A stretch of 64,000 bases of DNA. Source: an uncultured Rivularia sp. (lineage in GTDB: Bacteria > Cyanobacteriota > Cyanobacteriia > Cyanobacteriales > Nostocaceae). How positions within the stretch are numbered: position 1 is the stretch's first letter; each line of letters starts with the position of its first letter. The DNA is taken from positions 4,416,001 through 4,480,000 of the forward strand of contig OY762007.1 in the NCBI GenBank assembly GCA_963665115.1. Reading direction: 5' to 3'. This document shows positions 52,863-62,476 of this stretch, in pieces. The translations under genes were made by a program, and so were the position numbers. A model generated the notes under the pieces. The model was not told where the DNA came from and ran no database searches. It saw only the letters and a program-made list of their open reading frames with translations.

Positions 52863-53494
52863 CACATTCAATATATTCGGAAACTATAAATTCGGATCGA
52901 GAAGTTGCCGAGCAACTTGAAAAACTATCAGAAAAAATACAGGAAGGAATAGATAAAGCTTATCAAGTTGTCAGACAAGCCGAACAAATAAAACAATAAA
53001 TTGAGTTACAAAAATCCGAACTTAATCCTACTGTGGAAAAAGTAATGTATGTAAGCGAACAAATACAGCATTGGGAAGAAGTATTAAATAAGATAGCTGA
53101 AATAGGAGATAAAGAAACTGTTCAAAGATTGGAACAGCAAATAGAATCAGCTAGCAATCAAATTAATCAAGTTCAAGCACAGGTTAAACATACAGATAGA
53201 ATTTTCGATGGATTCATGAGTGAATTGCAAATGCGTTTGGTAGAAGTTAGTAAATTAAAAGTTCAAGTTTAAGCAGATAAAATTATTGTTGAGAACTTGG
53301 CTATGCAGACAGATAATAAGTATCAGCAAGTTTTAGAAATGTTTTCTCAAATATCTAATAAACAAAAATATTCAGAAGGTATTAATGATTTAACTGGAAG
53401 CTTGCCACAAACTGATGACACAGATGAAATTATCAAAGATTTATATTCGGAATTAGATTTTCATGTTGATTTAGATAGAAAGCACATTGGCTGA
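52859..53494 (+). pseudogene. Coiled-coil protein pseudogene with two in-frame TAA codons
   Basis: ATG 52859 overlaps the upstream stop (ATGA). The frame continues through TAA 52997 and TAA 53270 into track ORFs 53033..53272 and 53297..53494. Confidence 0.8.
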
Positions 53495-53521
53495 AAAAGA
53501 TTCGTTTTTTAGATAAATATG

Positions 53522-53545
53522 AGGGAGTAAGATACTCCCTTTTTT
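53522..53545 (+). terminator. Intrinsic terminator
   Basis: AGGGAGTA-AGA-TACTCCCT followed by a T run. Confidence 0.7.
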
Positions 53546-53552
53546 ATGTGTT

Positions 53553-56500
53553 TTAAACCTTACTTGCCTGCGATACATTCTTCAGAGTAGCAACTCTAGA
53601 ATGCAACAATTTTACAAAAGTATCGCTGACTGTATGATCGTTAGTGTTTGCAGCATATAAAATTAAAGTTTCTCGTAGTTGAAATGCTGCATTTGCTTCA
53701 AGGAAGTTTGCTAATAAAAAATAAACTCCGCGAAAACGCGGATCTCCTATATGTTGGTTTAACCTGATTTGGATTTCATCGCTGTCACCAAGAAAGTTTT
53801 GTACTAAGAAGAAATCCATGATTTTATCGTGACGGAAGTACCATTCTTTCATGGGTTCGCCGTTTTTACTTTGCCACTGACGGCTGATAACCATCTTATA
53901 TTTTTCGTCTTCCAAACTGAGTAACTCTTGGTGATATTCTTCGGCATCCAAAGTTGTACCGTCATTCAATCGCATATCGTATACCGATGATGAGAACTTT
54001 TTCAACGGAAATGAATGTCCCCATTCTTGTTTATATTCGGCAGCCATTAAATTATATTGCTGTTCTTGCAAGCGAAATAAATCTGGTTGTTTGCCTTGTG
54101 ATAGCATTTGAGCAACCAAAGTTAAATCCATTGGGTTAGAAAGTACCCGTTCGATTGCGTCTAATTCTTCTTGTGGTTGTTTATTATTAAAAGCTTGTTT
54201 GAGATATTTTTTGCAGGCTTTTTCGTATGCAGCACCTTGTACGGTAATATCTTCACTGTTGTGTAATTGGCGAGAAACTAAAAATTCTTCTATTTGTTGT
54301 TGTTGTAATGGTTTTAAATAAAATATTTTAGCCGTCGTCGGGGGTTCCCATTCCAAGGGTTGAGTAGTCATGATGATATTACCTCGGAAATAGCTTTCGA
54401 CAAACTGTTTAATTTGCGATCGCGTATCTGCTGTAACTTCATTTAATCCATCGATACAAATATCAATCGCACCGCTATAAATCAAGTTTTTCAGAAATCC
54501 AGCATCTTGTGCTTGCCCGTGTAACTTTGCTTGAATCGCTGCAATTACACCTTTTTCGCATTTGCTAGCAGGTAAATATACTACTGTTCGTTGAGAAGTT
54601 TTGGCTAGATGTCGCAGAAACATTGATTTTCCTAAGCCGGAATCACCAATTAAGACAGTTTGTCCTTTAATATTTGGTATTGCTGCGGTGATTGGGAGAA
54701 ATTGTTTAGAATTGGGATTTTTGATAATTCTTGATGATGAAAAGTAGGATTTTTCGGTAAAGTTATCTAATTTAGCATCTGCGAGTAAAGAAGGTTGGAA
54801 TGGTTGAAAGAGTTTACGACGAAGGAAAGGAACCCAGGTAAGGAGAAAGCCAACGTAAACCATACCGAAAATTTTTCTTACCCAAGGATTCCAGAAAAAG
54901 ATGGCTTGGATTTGGGGAGATTTCGGGTAAGCAAAGATGAGTAAAAGCCAAAAAGCAGCGTGAATGAAGATGATATTTCTGAAATTGAAAAACCAACGCC
55001 AACCTTTGAGTTTTATGATTACCGATTCGATGGAATCAGCTTCGTTGTATCCTGCTTTTTTGAGATTATTGTAATGGGTTTGCAGTAAAACGATGTCTTG
55101 GGGTTGCCAGGAAACGAGTTTGGTAACTTGAACGATTTTATCAGCTAAGTCTTTGCGTAATCTTAAGTCTTGGCTGGGCTGCCAAATTTTATCAAAGAGT
55201 TGTAAAGTTTTTTTCGCTTCCTTGTGGGTGAGTTTGGTGGGGATTTTTTTGCTGTCGTAATGTGCAAGCCATTTTAGTAAAGTTTTGACATCTTCAGTTC
55301 CACCAGCGAGGAAATAGGTTAGGAAGCGCCAAAAGTATAAGTTTGGTTGCTCTGGGTAATAGAAGTTGTTTAAAACCAATAGAACTTGATTTAAACTAAA
55401 CTTTTCAATTTTCTCTAATGCCAAAGCTGCTCCGTAGCGAACATATAAATCAAACTTTTCATCTTTGAGCAAAGCGAGAATATCTTCAGCGTAGGGTTTG
55501 GCTGCATCCCCTAAATTCCCTAAAGCTTCTGCTGCATTACGGCGAACGGATGAATCAACCTTTTCGTCTTTGAGCAAAGCGAGAATATCTTCAGCGTAGG
55601 GTTTGGCTGCATCCCCTAAATTCCCTAAAGCTTCTGCTGCACCACTGCGAACATCTGAATCAACCTTTTCATCTTTGAGCAAAGCGAGAATATCTTCAGC
55701 GTAGGGTTTGGCTGCATCCCCTAAATTCCCTAAAGCTCGTGCTGCACCATAGCGAGCAGATGAATCAACTTTTTCATCTTTAAGGAAAGCAAGAATATCT
55801 TTAACGTAGGGTTTGGCTGCATCCCCTAAATTCCCTAACGCTTGTGCTGCACTACCGCGAACATATGAATTAACCTTTTCATCTTTGAGGACAGCAGCAA
55901 TATCCTCAACGTAAGGTTTAGCAGCATTCCCTAAATTTTTTAATTTTTGTACTGCATGAGCACGAGTCAATGAATCAACCTTTTCATCTTTGATTAAAGC
56001 GAGAATATCTTCGACGTAGGCTTTGGCAACGACTCCTAAATTTCCTAACGCTTTTGCTGCACTGTAACGAACAAATAAATCTACTTTTTCATCTTCGAGG
56101 GACAGCGGCAATATCTTTAACGTAGGGTTTGGCTGCATCCCCTAAATTCCCTATAGCTTTTGCTGCACTATCACGAATATGTGATTCAACCTTTTCATCT
56201 TTAAGGAAAGCAAGAATATCTTCAACATAGGGTTTGGCTATATCTCCTAAATTCCCTAAAGCCTGTGCTGCACCACCGCGAACATATGAGTCAACCTTTT
56301 CATCTTTGAGCAAAGTGAGAATATTTTCAGCGTAGGGTTTGGCTGCATCCCCTAAATTCCCTAAAGCTTCTGCTGCACCACTGCGAACATCTGAATCAAC
56401 CTTTTCATCTTTGAGCAAAGTGAGAATATCTTCAACGTAGGGTTTAGCTACATCCCCTAAATTCCCTAACGCTACTGCCGCACCACCGCGAACATCTGAA

Positions 56501-56796
56501 TCAACCTTTTCATCCTTCAACACATTAGCGGCTTTCTTTGCTATCTTTTTTGCTTGCTGTTGATTTAAATTTTTGAGTTCGTATTCTCCTAACCTATAAA
56601 AAGCAAATCCTTGTACTTCCGGATAAACATCATCCACCGCTGCGACAATTCCGTTAATTTGCCAATCTTTTGGCTCCGGTTTCGCTGCTTCTTTTGTATT
56701 TACCCAAGGTAGAGAAAGTTGAAAAATAAATAAAAATGTAAAAGTAAAAACTAGAAAAAAGGAAAGCTTTCTTCTAATGCTGGTAGATTTAAACAT
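53553..56796 (-). CDS. Membrane HEAT-repeat/NACHT-like P-loop NTPase, split by a +1 frameshift at GGG 56099-56101
   Basis: About 12 near-identical 31-aa HEAT repeats (AAEALGNLGDAAKPY.EDILALLKDEKVDS), hydrophobic helices, Walker A GDSGLGKS and Walker B IDICIDGLNE. A sister repeat at 55889 has GG rather than GGG. Confidence 0.85.
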
Positions 56797-57070
56797 TGTT
56801 GGGGAATAAAGGGGAGTTGGGATTGACGAGAAAGCTGACAATAATTTCTTTTATACGAGAAAATTACATAATATAAGCTATAGATAATAGTAAAATATAA
56901 TACTATTAAGCAGCAGTCTAAATAGAAAGTACTGCAATAGTTTACACAAGCTTTATCGTTTGTTTACTTCAGTGTTAATTTTGCGGATTCCTGAATTCTC
57001 AATTCTTGACATTGGTTTGAGAGTGCTTCGATCTCAAGCGTTTTGCAATTAAGCGGTATAAATGAAAAAA

Positions 57071-57102
57071 GGTGCGTTGCGCTCTGCGACAACACACCCT
57101 AC
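57071..57102 (-). repeat. GTAG-REP family B, copy 1
   Basis: Minus strand GTAGGGTGTGTTG-TCGCAGAGCG-CAACGCACC followed by T6. Confidence 0.9.
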
Positions 57103-57144
57103 GAAATTGATTTTGTTTAAGAATGAAAGTTAATTTCTATAGAA

Positions 57145-57272
57145 TATAGCGCTTTTCACTTAGGTGCAATACAAATCGACCTCACCCTCGTTCCCTCTCC
57201 TTAATAAGGAGAGGGATGTCCGGAGGACAGGGTGAGGTTTAAATGTATTCTACTCAACCAAAAATTGCTATA
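57145..57272. mobile_element. 128-bp MITE-like element, TATAGC...GCTATA ends, central ACCTCACCC...CCCTCTCCTTAATAAGGAGAGGG...GGGTGAGGT hairpin
   Basis: Terminal inverted repeats and a nested palindrome; partial related core at 27901-27940. Confidence 0.75.
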
Positions 57273-57282
57273 TTTATAAGTT

Positions 57283-57465
57283 TCAACTTGTCAATCTTTT
57301 TTTTAATTCAGCTTCTAATTGTTCGTCTGTGCTAACTACAACTCTCCCCGGTTTTGCTCTCATAATTGAAAGGTAATGTTGAAATGCATTTTCGTCTTGA
57401 GGATGAGATTTTATGTATTTTCGTAATTCTGACTCGGTTAATTGTTTGTAATCTAAATCGCTCAT
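57283..57465 (-). CDS. DUF6887-like small protein
   Basis: Y..LT..ELRKYI.SH..DE.AF..Y; homologous to 57801..58001. Confidence 0.75.
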   Translation of the reverse strand: MSDLDYKQLTESELRKYIKSHPQDENAFQHYLSIMRAKPGRVVVSTDEQLEAELKKRLTS

Positions 57466-57638
57466 TGTAAAATTATTTCTCCATTAGTTAAAATTTCTAC
57501 TTGGATTGTTTCTCCTATTAGCACCACTATTCTTTTTGTTCTTGTATCAAATCTGGTTAATTCTACCGTTTTGAGCAGATTACTTGTTCTAACACACAAT
57601 CTGTAGAAAGAATTTAACTGTTCAATTGTGGGTTCCAC
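57462..57638 (-). CDS. DUF6888-like small protein (58 aa, not in the ORF track)
   Basis: GTG start; MEPTIEQLNSFYRLCVRTSNLLKTVELTRFDTRTKRIVVLIGETIQVEILTNGEIILQ*; homologous to 58001..58189; ATGA overlap with its partner. Confidence 0.78.
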   Translation of the reverse strand: MEPTIEQLNSFYRLCVRTSNLLKTVELTRFDTRTKRIVVLIGETIQVEILTNGEIILQ

Positions 57639-57750
57639 TTATTTACGCTGCTCCCTTACCTTTTATAGTAAACCTTGAGAATATTAATTTTCTCATTAGT
57701 TATGCATAAGTCATCACAGAAGCAGAAAAAAGATAAGATCGGAAAAAAAA

Positions 57751-57782
57751 GGTGCGTTGCGCTTTGCGACAACACACCCTAC
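57751..57782 (-). repeat. GTAG-REP family B, copy 2
   Basis: One mismatch to copy 1; followed by T8 on the minus strand. Confidence 0.9.
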
Positions 57783-57800
57783 GAAAATAATTACAAAATT

Positions 57801-58001
57801 TTATTTATCTGCTTGATGTTGAAGAATGATTTTTTGCAAATAACTCATATCTTCTAATGATTGAGGTGCTGGGTAAATCGTACTATTTGGGTTTCTAAAT
57901 TTATCTAAATAAAATTCAAAAGCTGCTTTATCATCTCGATTGTCTAACATATATTGGCGTAATTCTTCTCTGCTCATTGAGTCAAAATCTTGGGTAGCCA
58001 T
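57801..58001 (-). CDS. DUF6887-like small protein
   Basis: MATQDFDSMSREELRQYMLDNRDDKAAFEFYLDK; TAATG overlap with its upstream partner. Confidence 0.78.
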   Translation of the reverse strand: MATQDFDSMSREELRQYMLDNRDDKAAFEFYLDKFRNPNSTIYPAPQSLEDMSYLQKIILQHQADK

Positions 58002-58189
58002 TATACAAAACTCCATTCGCCATTTTCTAAAATTACTAATTCTATTTCTTCACCAGCCAGAAAATAAATTACTTTTGTCCTTTCATCTATCCGAATAAAA
58101 TTTATAGCTCTATACATACTAGTTATGGAAGCACTAAGAACAAAACAAGTCTTTAGCTGTTCCGTTGTTGGCAATCCTACTATATTCAT
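58001..58189 (-). CDS. DUF6888-like small protein
   Basis: PT.EQL..C......T.MY..I...RIDERT..IY.LAGEEIE..I..NG. Confidence 0.78.
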   Translation of the reverse strand: MNIVGLPTTEQLKTCFVLSASITSMYRAINFIRIDERTKVIYFLAGEEIELVILENGEWSFV

Positions 58190-58290
58190 GGTAAATACAC
58201 CCCGAAAATTTAGCCACTATTTTTATTATCCGATACTGCTTCTAAGTCGCAAAGCTCAGCATCATCAAAATCTTAATCTTTACTAAAAAA

Positions 58291-58323
58291 GGTGCGTTGC
58301 GCTAACACGACAACACACCTTAC
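58291..58323 (-). repeat. REP family B, copy 3 (GTAAGG variant)
   Basis: Same stem, altered loop, T6 tail. Confidence 0.85.
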
Positions 58324-58384
58324 GAAAAATTTCGTTTAATACCAATAATTTCTGGAGACGTAGCATTGCTACGTCTCTACAAAG

Positions 58385-59804
58385 TTAAAACCTTTTAATT
58401 ATCGCTTCGGCAAATTCGGAACATTTCAAAGGTTCGACTTTGGGTTCCATTAATCTTGCTAAGTCGTAGGTAACTTCACCATTGGCGATCGCCTCTCCTA
58501 ATCCTTTTTTAATCAAGTCTGCTGCTTCTTGCCAGCCCATAAATTCCAGCATCATGACACCAGATAAGATGACGGAACCGGGATTAATTCTGTCTAATCC
58601 GGCGTGTTTGGGTGCTGTACCGTGAGTTGCTTCAAATATTGCGGCATTATCGCCAATATTGGCTCCTGGTCCCATTCCTAAACCACCAACAATCGCAGCC
58701 GCAGCATCTGACAAATAATCGCCGTTAAGGTTCATTGTTGCCAAAATTGAATACTCGTCGGGGACGGGTTTGGATTTGTTGGAAAATACTATCGGCAATG
58801 CGATCGTTTACCATGATTTTTTCTTTCCATTTGCCGTTGCCGTGAGTTTCCCAAATTGCGTTAAGAACCTTTTCTACTTCCTCGACAATTTCCTTTTGCT
58901 TCTCTGGTGTCAGGGAATCATAACCTGGATCTACCATGCGAGCATTATCTTCGTTGGAAATATCGGATTTACTTTCTTTGTTACCCAAAATCCAAGATTC
59001 TCTTTCGGTAACGCACTCGTCACGAAATTCCGCTGTTGCTAGTTCGTAACCCCAATCGCGAAAGGCTCCTTCGGTGTACTTCATAATGTTGCCTTTATGC
59101 ACCAAAGTCACCTGCTGTTTGTCTTTGGGCAACCCTAAAGCCTGTTTAATGGCGCGACGTACCAATCGCTGGGAACCAGTTTTACTGATGGGCTTAATCC
59201 CAATACCAGCGTCTAAGGGAATTTGCTTTTTACCATGTTCGGGAGTAGCGGGAATCAATTCCTCATTCAGCAACTTGATCAGCTTTTGACCAATTTCATC
59301 ACCTTGCTTCCACTCAATCCCCAAATAAATATCTTCGGTATTCTCCCGATAAACTATAACGTTAAGCTTTTCAGGATTTTTGTGAGGTGAAGGAGTACCG
59401 GGATAGTAGCGACAGGGACGCACGCAAGCGTAAAGTTGAAAAATTTGTCTTAATGCTACATTCAAAGAACGAATTCCTCCACCAACGGGAGTTGTCAAAG
59501 GTCCTTTGATAGCAACACCATACTCTTCAATTGCCGTTAAAGTATCCTGTGGTAAATACTGATATGTACCGTATAAGTCGCAAGCTTCATCACCTGCATA
59601 AACCTTGAACCAGTTAATCTGCTTTTTACCGTTATAAGCCTTTGTTACAGCAGCATCTAAAACGAGTTGCGTAGCAGGCCAAATATCTATCCCCGTACCG
59701 TCACCGCGAATAAAAGGAATAATAGGATTATCGGGAACTTGTGGTTCACCGTTTTTAAAAGTAATCTTTTCTCCGGTTGTAGGGGCTTTAAGTTTTTCGT
59801 ACAT
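58385..59804 (-). CDS. icd: NADP-dependent isocitrate dehydrogenase, split by a +1 frameshift at GGGG 58760-58763
   Basis: [36 protein letters not shown] and EATHGTAP. Removing one base restores QTRPDEY. Confidence 0.95.
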
Positions 59805-60225
59805 TACACACTCCGTCGAGGTTAAGCAGCAAGACTTTCAGAATTCTGTCACGTCTTGGTTTTATTAAACAAGGAGTTGCAGTTTTTAAATTCCCCTTCT
59901 AAGCACCATGCCGAGATGTGGAAAAGTGCTTTAACCTTGAATATACAGCAAAATAATCAATCGGGAGATGGAAAACTAGAAAAAAAATTCACAAAAAGTT
60001 AGCAAAAAGCCGCAGAAGGAAAAAACTAATGAGCAGAATTGATCGGTTCGTGAGAAAATATTCCTCTAGACGGGTCAGACGCACCTCCACGATGGCAGCA
60101 AATTTGTATTCATGGAGGCTATTTGTACTCCATTAATTGGCTGCAAGTTTAAAAACCGTCTTTGTTTTATAGAAAATTGTCCTAAAACTTGTTTATTAAT
60201 TGAATTGCGTTTCACGAATAAAAGC

Positions 60226-60949
60226 ATGACAGACCCCCACAATTTCCTACGGTAGTAACAGCGATATTGAATCCCTTAGTCTCCAGTTAACCGAAGGGTC
60301 TGAAAAAAACCAAAAGCAGCTAGTAGAAAAGCTGGCTACTTCTGGTATGTCAGGATTAAAAGTGTTAATGGATTTTTTATCAAAGCGTCGGGATATCCCA
60401 GCAAATATAGTTGATGGCAAAGTCTATCAAGTTCTTTATCAGTCAGATTTTACTGAAACTAAAGAATTTTTAAATAATAATTTTCCTCAAGGAATTGTAC
60501 CGTTAAAATCCGACTGTAATATTGATTACACCGATTTGCAAAAGCTATTAGCAAACCAAGAATTTCAAGAAGCCGACCGTTTGACGCTACAAAAAATGTG
60601 CGAAATTTCCGGTGAGGAAGCCATAAAAAGAAAATGGCTGTATTTTTCCGAAGTGCAAAAATTTCCCATCACCGATTTGCAAACCATTGACAAGCTGTGG
60701 TTAATTCATTCCGAAGGCAAATTTGGCTTTTCCATACAGCGAGAAATGTGGATCGGTTTAAGAAAAAATTGGGAAAATCTCTGGGTAAAAATTGGTTGGA
60801 AAAAAGGCAACAATTGGACTCGCTATCCCAACGAATTCATCTGGAATTTGGATGCACCCAGAGGTCATTTACCTTTATCAAATCAATTGCGCGGAGTTAG
60901 AACTATTTCGTCTTTGCTATCTCATCCGGCTTGGGAAAAAGAAAGTTAG
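60226..60949 (+). CDS. gun4: GUN4 (Ycf53) Mg-chelatase activator with an N-terminal ARM-like domain; +1 frameshift at CCCCC 60234-60238
   Basis: DLQTIDKLWLIHSEGKFGFSIQ, WTRYP and APRGHLPLSNQLRG. Removing one C links ATG 60226 (MTDPTISYG...) in frame to 60347. Confidence 0.9.
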
Positions 60950-61100
60950 GAGTAAGGAGTTAGGAGTAAGGAGTTAGGAGTTATAAAATTTACGTTAACG
61001 CTGTAAAAGATTCATCGTGTAGAGACGTTGCAATGCAACGTCTCCCAGTATTTTAATTAATATTGATAATTCAGCAACATTGTATTGTAAATAAGGAATA

Positions 61101-61274
61101 ATGATAAATCTAAGCAAAAAAGAATTCAATGTGATTATTGAACGCGATCAAGATGGATACTATGTTGGAGAAGTTCCGCAACTCAAAGCTTGTTATTCTC
61201 AAGGAAAAACAATTGATGAGTTGATAGAAAATATTAAAGAAGTTATAGAACTTTGCTTTGAAGAAAAAATATAA
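61101..61274 (+). CDS. HicB-family antitoxin, orphan (57 aa, not in the ORF track)
   Basis: AAGGA RBS; MINLSKKEFNVIIERDQDGYYVGEVPQLKACYSQGKTIDELIENIKEVIELCFEEKI*. Confidence 0.85.
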   Translation: MINLSKKEFNVIIERDQDGYYVGEVPQLKACYSQGKTIDELIENIKEVIELCFEEKI

Positions 61275-61345
61275 GTAATAATCTAATAGCTTTCCCAATT
61301 CCCAATCCCTAATCCAAAATCCAAAATCTAAAATCCAAAATCGAC

Positions 61346-62431
61346 ATGGCTAACGTTACTTTAGAAAGCATCAAGCGTAAATTTAACAACGTCACCGCCA
61401 TAGATGACATTACTTTTAGCATTCCAGATGGTGAGTTTTGGGTTTTGGTGGGGCCTTCGGGATGTGGTAAATCTACTATTTTACGAACTATTGCAGGTTT
61501 GGAATCTGCTACTTCTGGCCAACTTTTTATCGGGGACAAGTTGATGAACAACATCCCCGCAAGACAGCGAGATGTGGCGATGGTGTTCCAAAATTATGCG
61601 CTGTATCCCCATATGAGCGTGGCGGAAAATATCGCTTTTGGGTTGAAAATGCGAAAAGTTGACTCGAAAGTGATTCGGGAAAGAGTGGAAACCGTAGCGC
61701 ATTCCCTTTCCTTAGAAAATTTGCTCGAACGCAAACCAAAACAACTTTCCGGGGGACAGCAACAACGGGTAGCTTTGGGAAGAGCGATCGCTCGACAGCC
61801 ACAGGTATTTTTATTAGATGAACCTTTATCAAACTTAGATGCACAGTTACGAGACGATACGCGGGCTGAGTTGAAACAGCTACATCAAAGCATTGGTATT
61901 ACTACGGTTTACGTCACCCACGATCAAGTAGAAGCAATGACCTTGGCAGATAAAATTGTGGTGCTGAGTGGCGGACGAATTCAACAGATTGGGGAACCAC
62001 AAAGTATTTACGCTCATCCTGCTAATCGTATGGTGGCAAGTTTCTTAGGAAATCCGCCGATGAATATTATACCGGCAAAGTACGCGGCTGCGGGTTTTGA
62101 TGTCGATGGTCAATTATTAACTGTTGCTGAAAATATTAAAAACAAATTGCGCTTATCTCAGGGACAAAAAATTGATTTGGGCATTCGTCCAGAAGATATA
62201 CAAATTAATGACAAATCTCAAGCCGAAGATTTACAGGTAGAAGTAAAATTAGTCGAACCTTTGGGAAGAGAAACATTGATTCGCGTAGCTGTATTAGGTA
62301 CTGGAATAATATTAAACGTACAAATTAGTGGAAATATACGTTTTCATGTCGGCGATAAATTGAATTTACAATTAGATTTGCAAAAATTATTTTTATTTGA
62401 TTCGGTTAGTGGGGATAAGTTGTATCCGTGA
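61346..62431 (+). CDS. Carbohydrate ABC transporter ATP-binding subunit (MalK/UgpC family)
   Basis: GPSGCGKST, VFQNYALYP, LSGGQQQR, LLDEP and C-terminal TOBE domain. Confidence 0.95.
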   Translation: MANVTLESIKRKFNNVTAIDDITFSIPDGEFWVLVGPSGCGKSTILRTIAGLESATSGQLFIGDKLMNNIPARQRDVAMVFQNYALYPHMSVAENIAFGLKMRKVDSKVIRERVETVAHSLSLENLLERKPKQLSGGQQQRVALGRAIARQPQVFLLDEPLSNLDAQLRDDTRAELKQLHQSIGITTVYVTHDQVEAMTLADKIVVLSGGRIQQIGEPQSIYAHPANRMVASFLGNPPMNIIPAKYAAAGFDVDGQLLTVAENIKNKLRLSQGQKIDLGIRPEDIQINDKSQAEDLQVEVKLVEPLGRETLIRVAVLGTGIILNVQISGNIRFHVGDKLNLQLDLQKLFLFDSVSGDKLYP

Positions 62432-62476
62432 ATTGGGAATTGGGGATTGGAAGATTTTTTAAAGTTTGTATCCAAT

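Noticed and set aside
57065..58327. Three ~33-bp direct repeats as a CRISPR array
   Set aside because: Spacers are 500-650 bp and contain genes, there are no cas genes, and the repeats have GTAG-REP form.
58385..59804. icd (and dctP, gun4) as true pseudogenes or programmed frameshifts
   Set aside because: Single extra bases in short homopolymers with no other decay and no slippery heptamer; assembly error is more parsimonious.
61110..61298. 62-aa minus-strand ORF
   Set aside because: It is the antisense shadow of the hicB-like gene on the plus strand.
236..61791. Frequent GCGATCGC octamer as a novel repeat
   Set aside because: This is HIP1, a well-known cyanobacterial feature.
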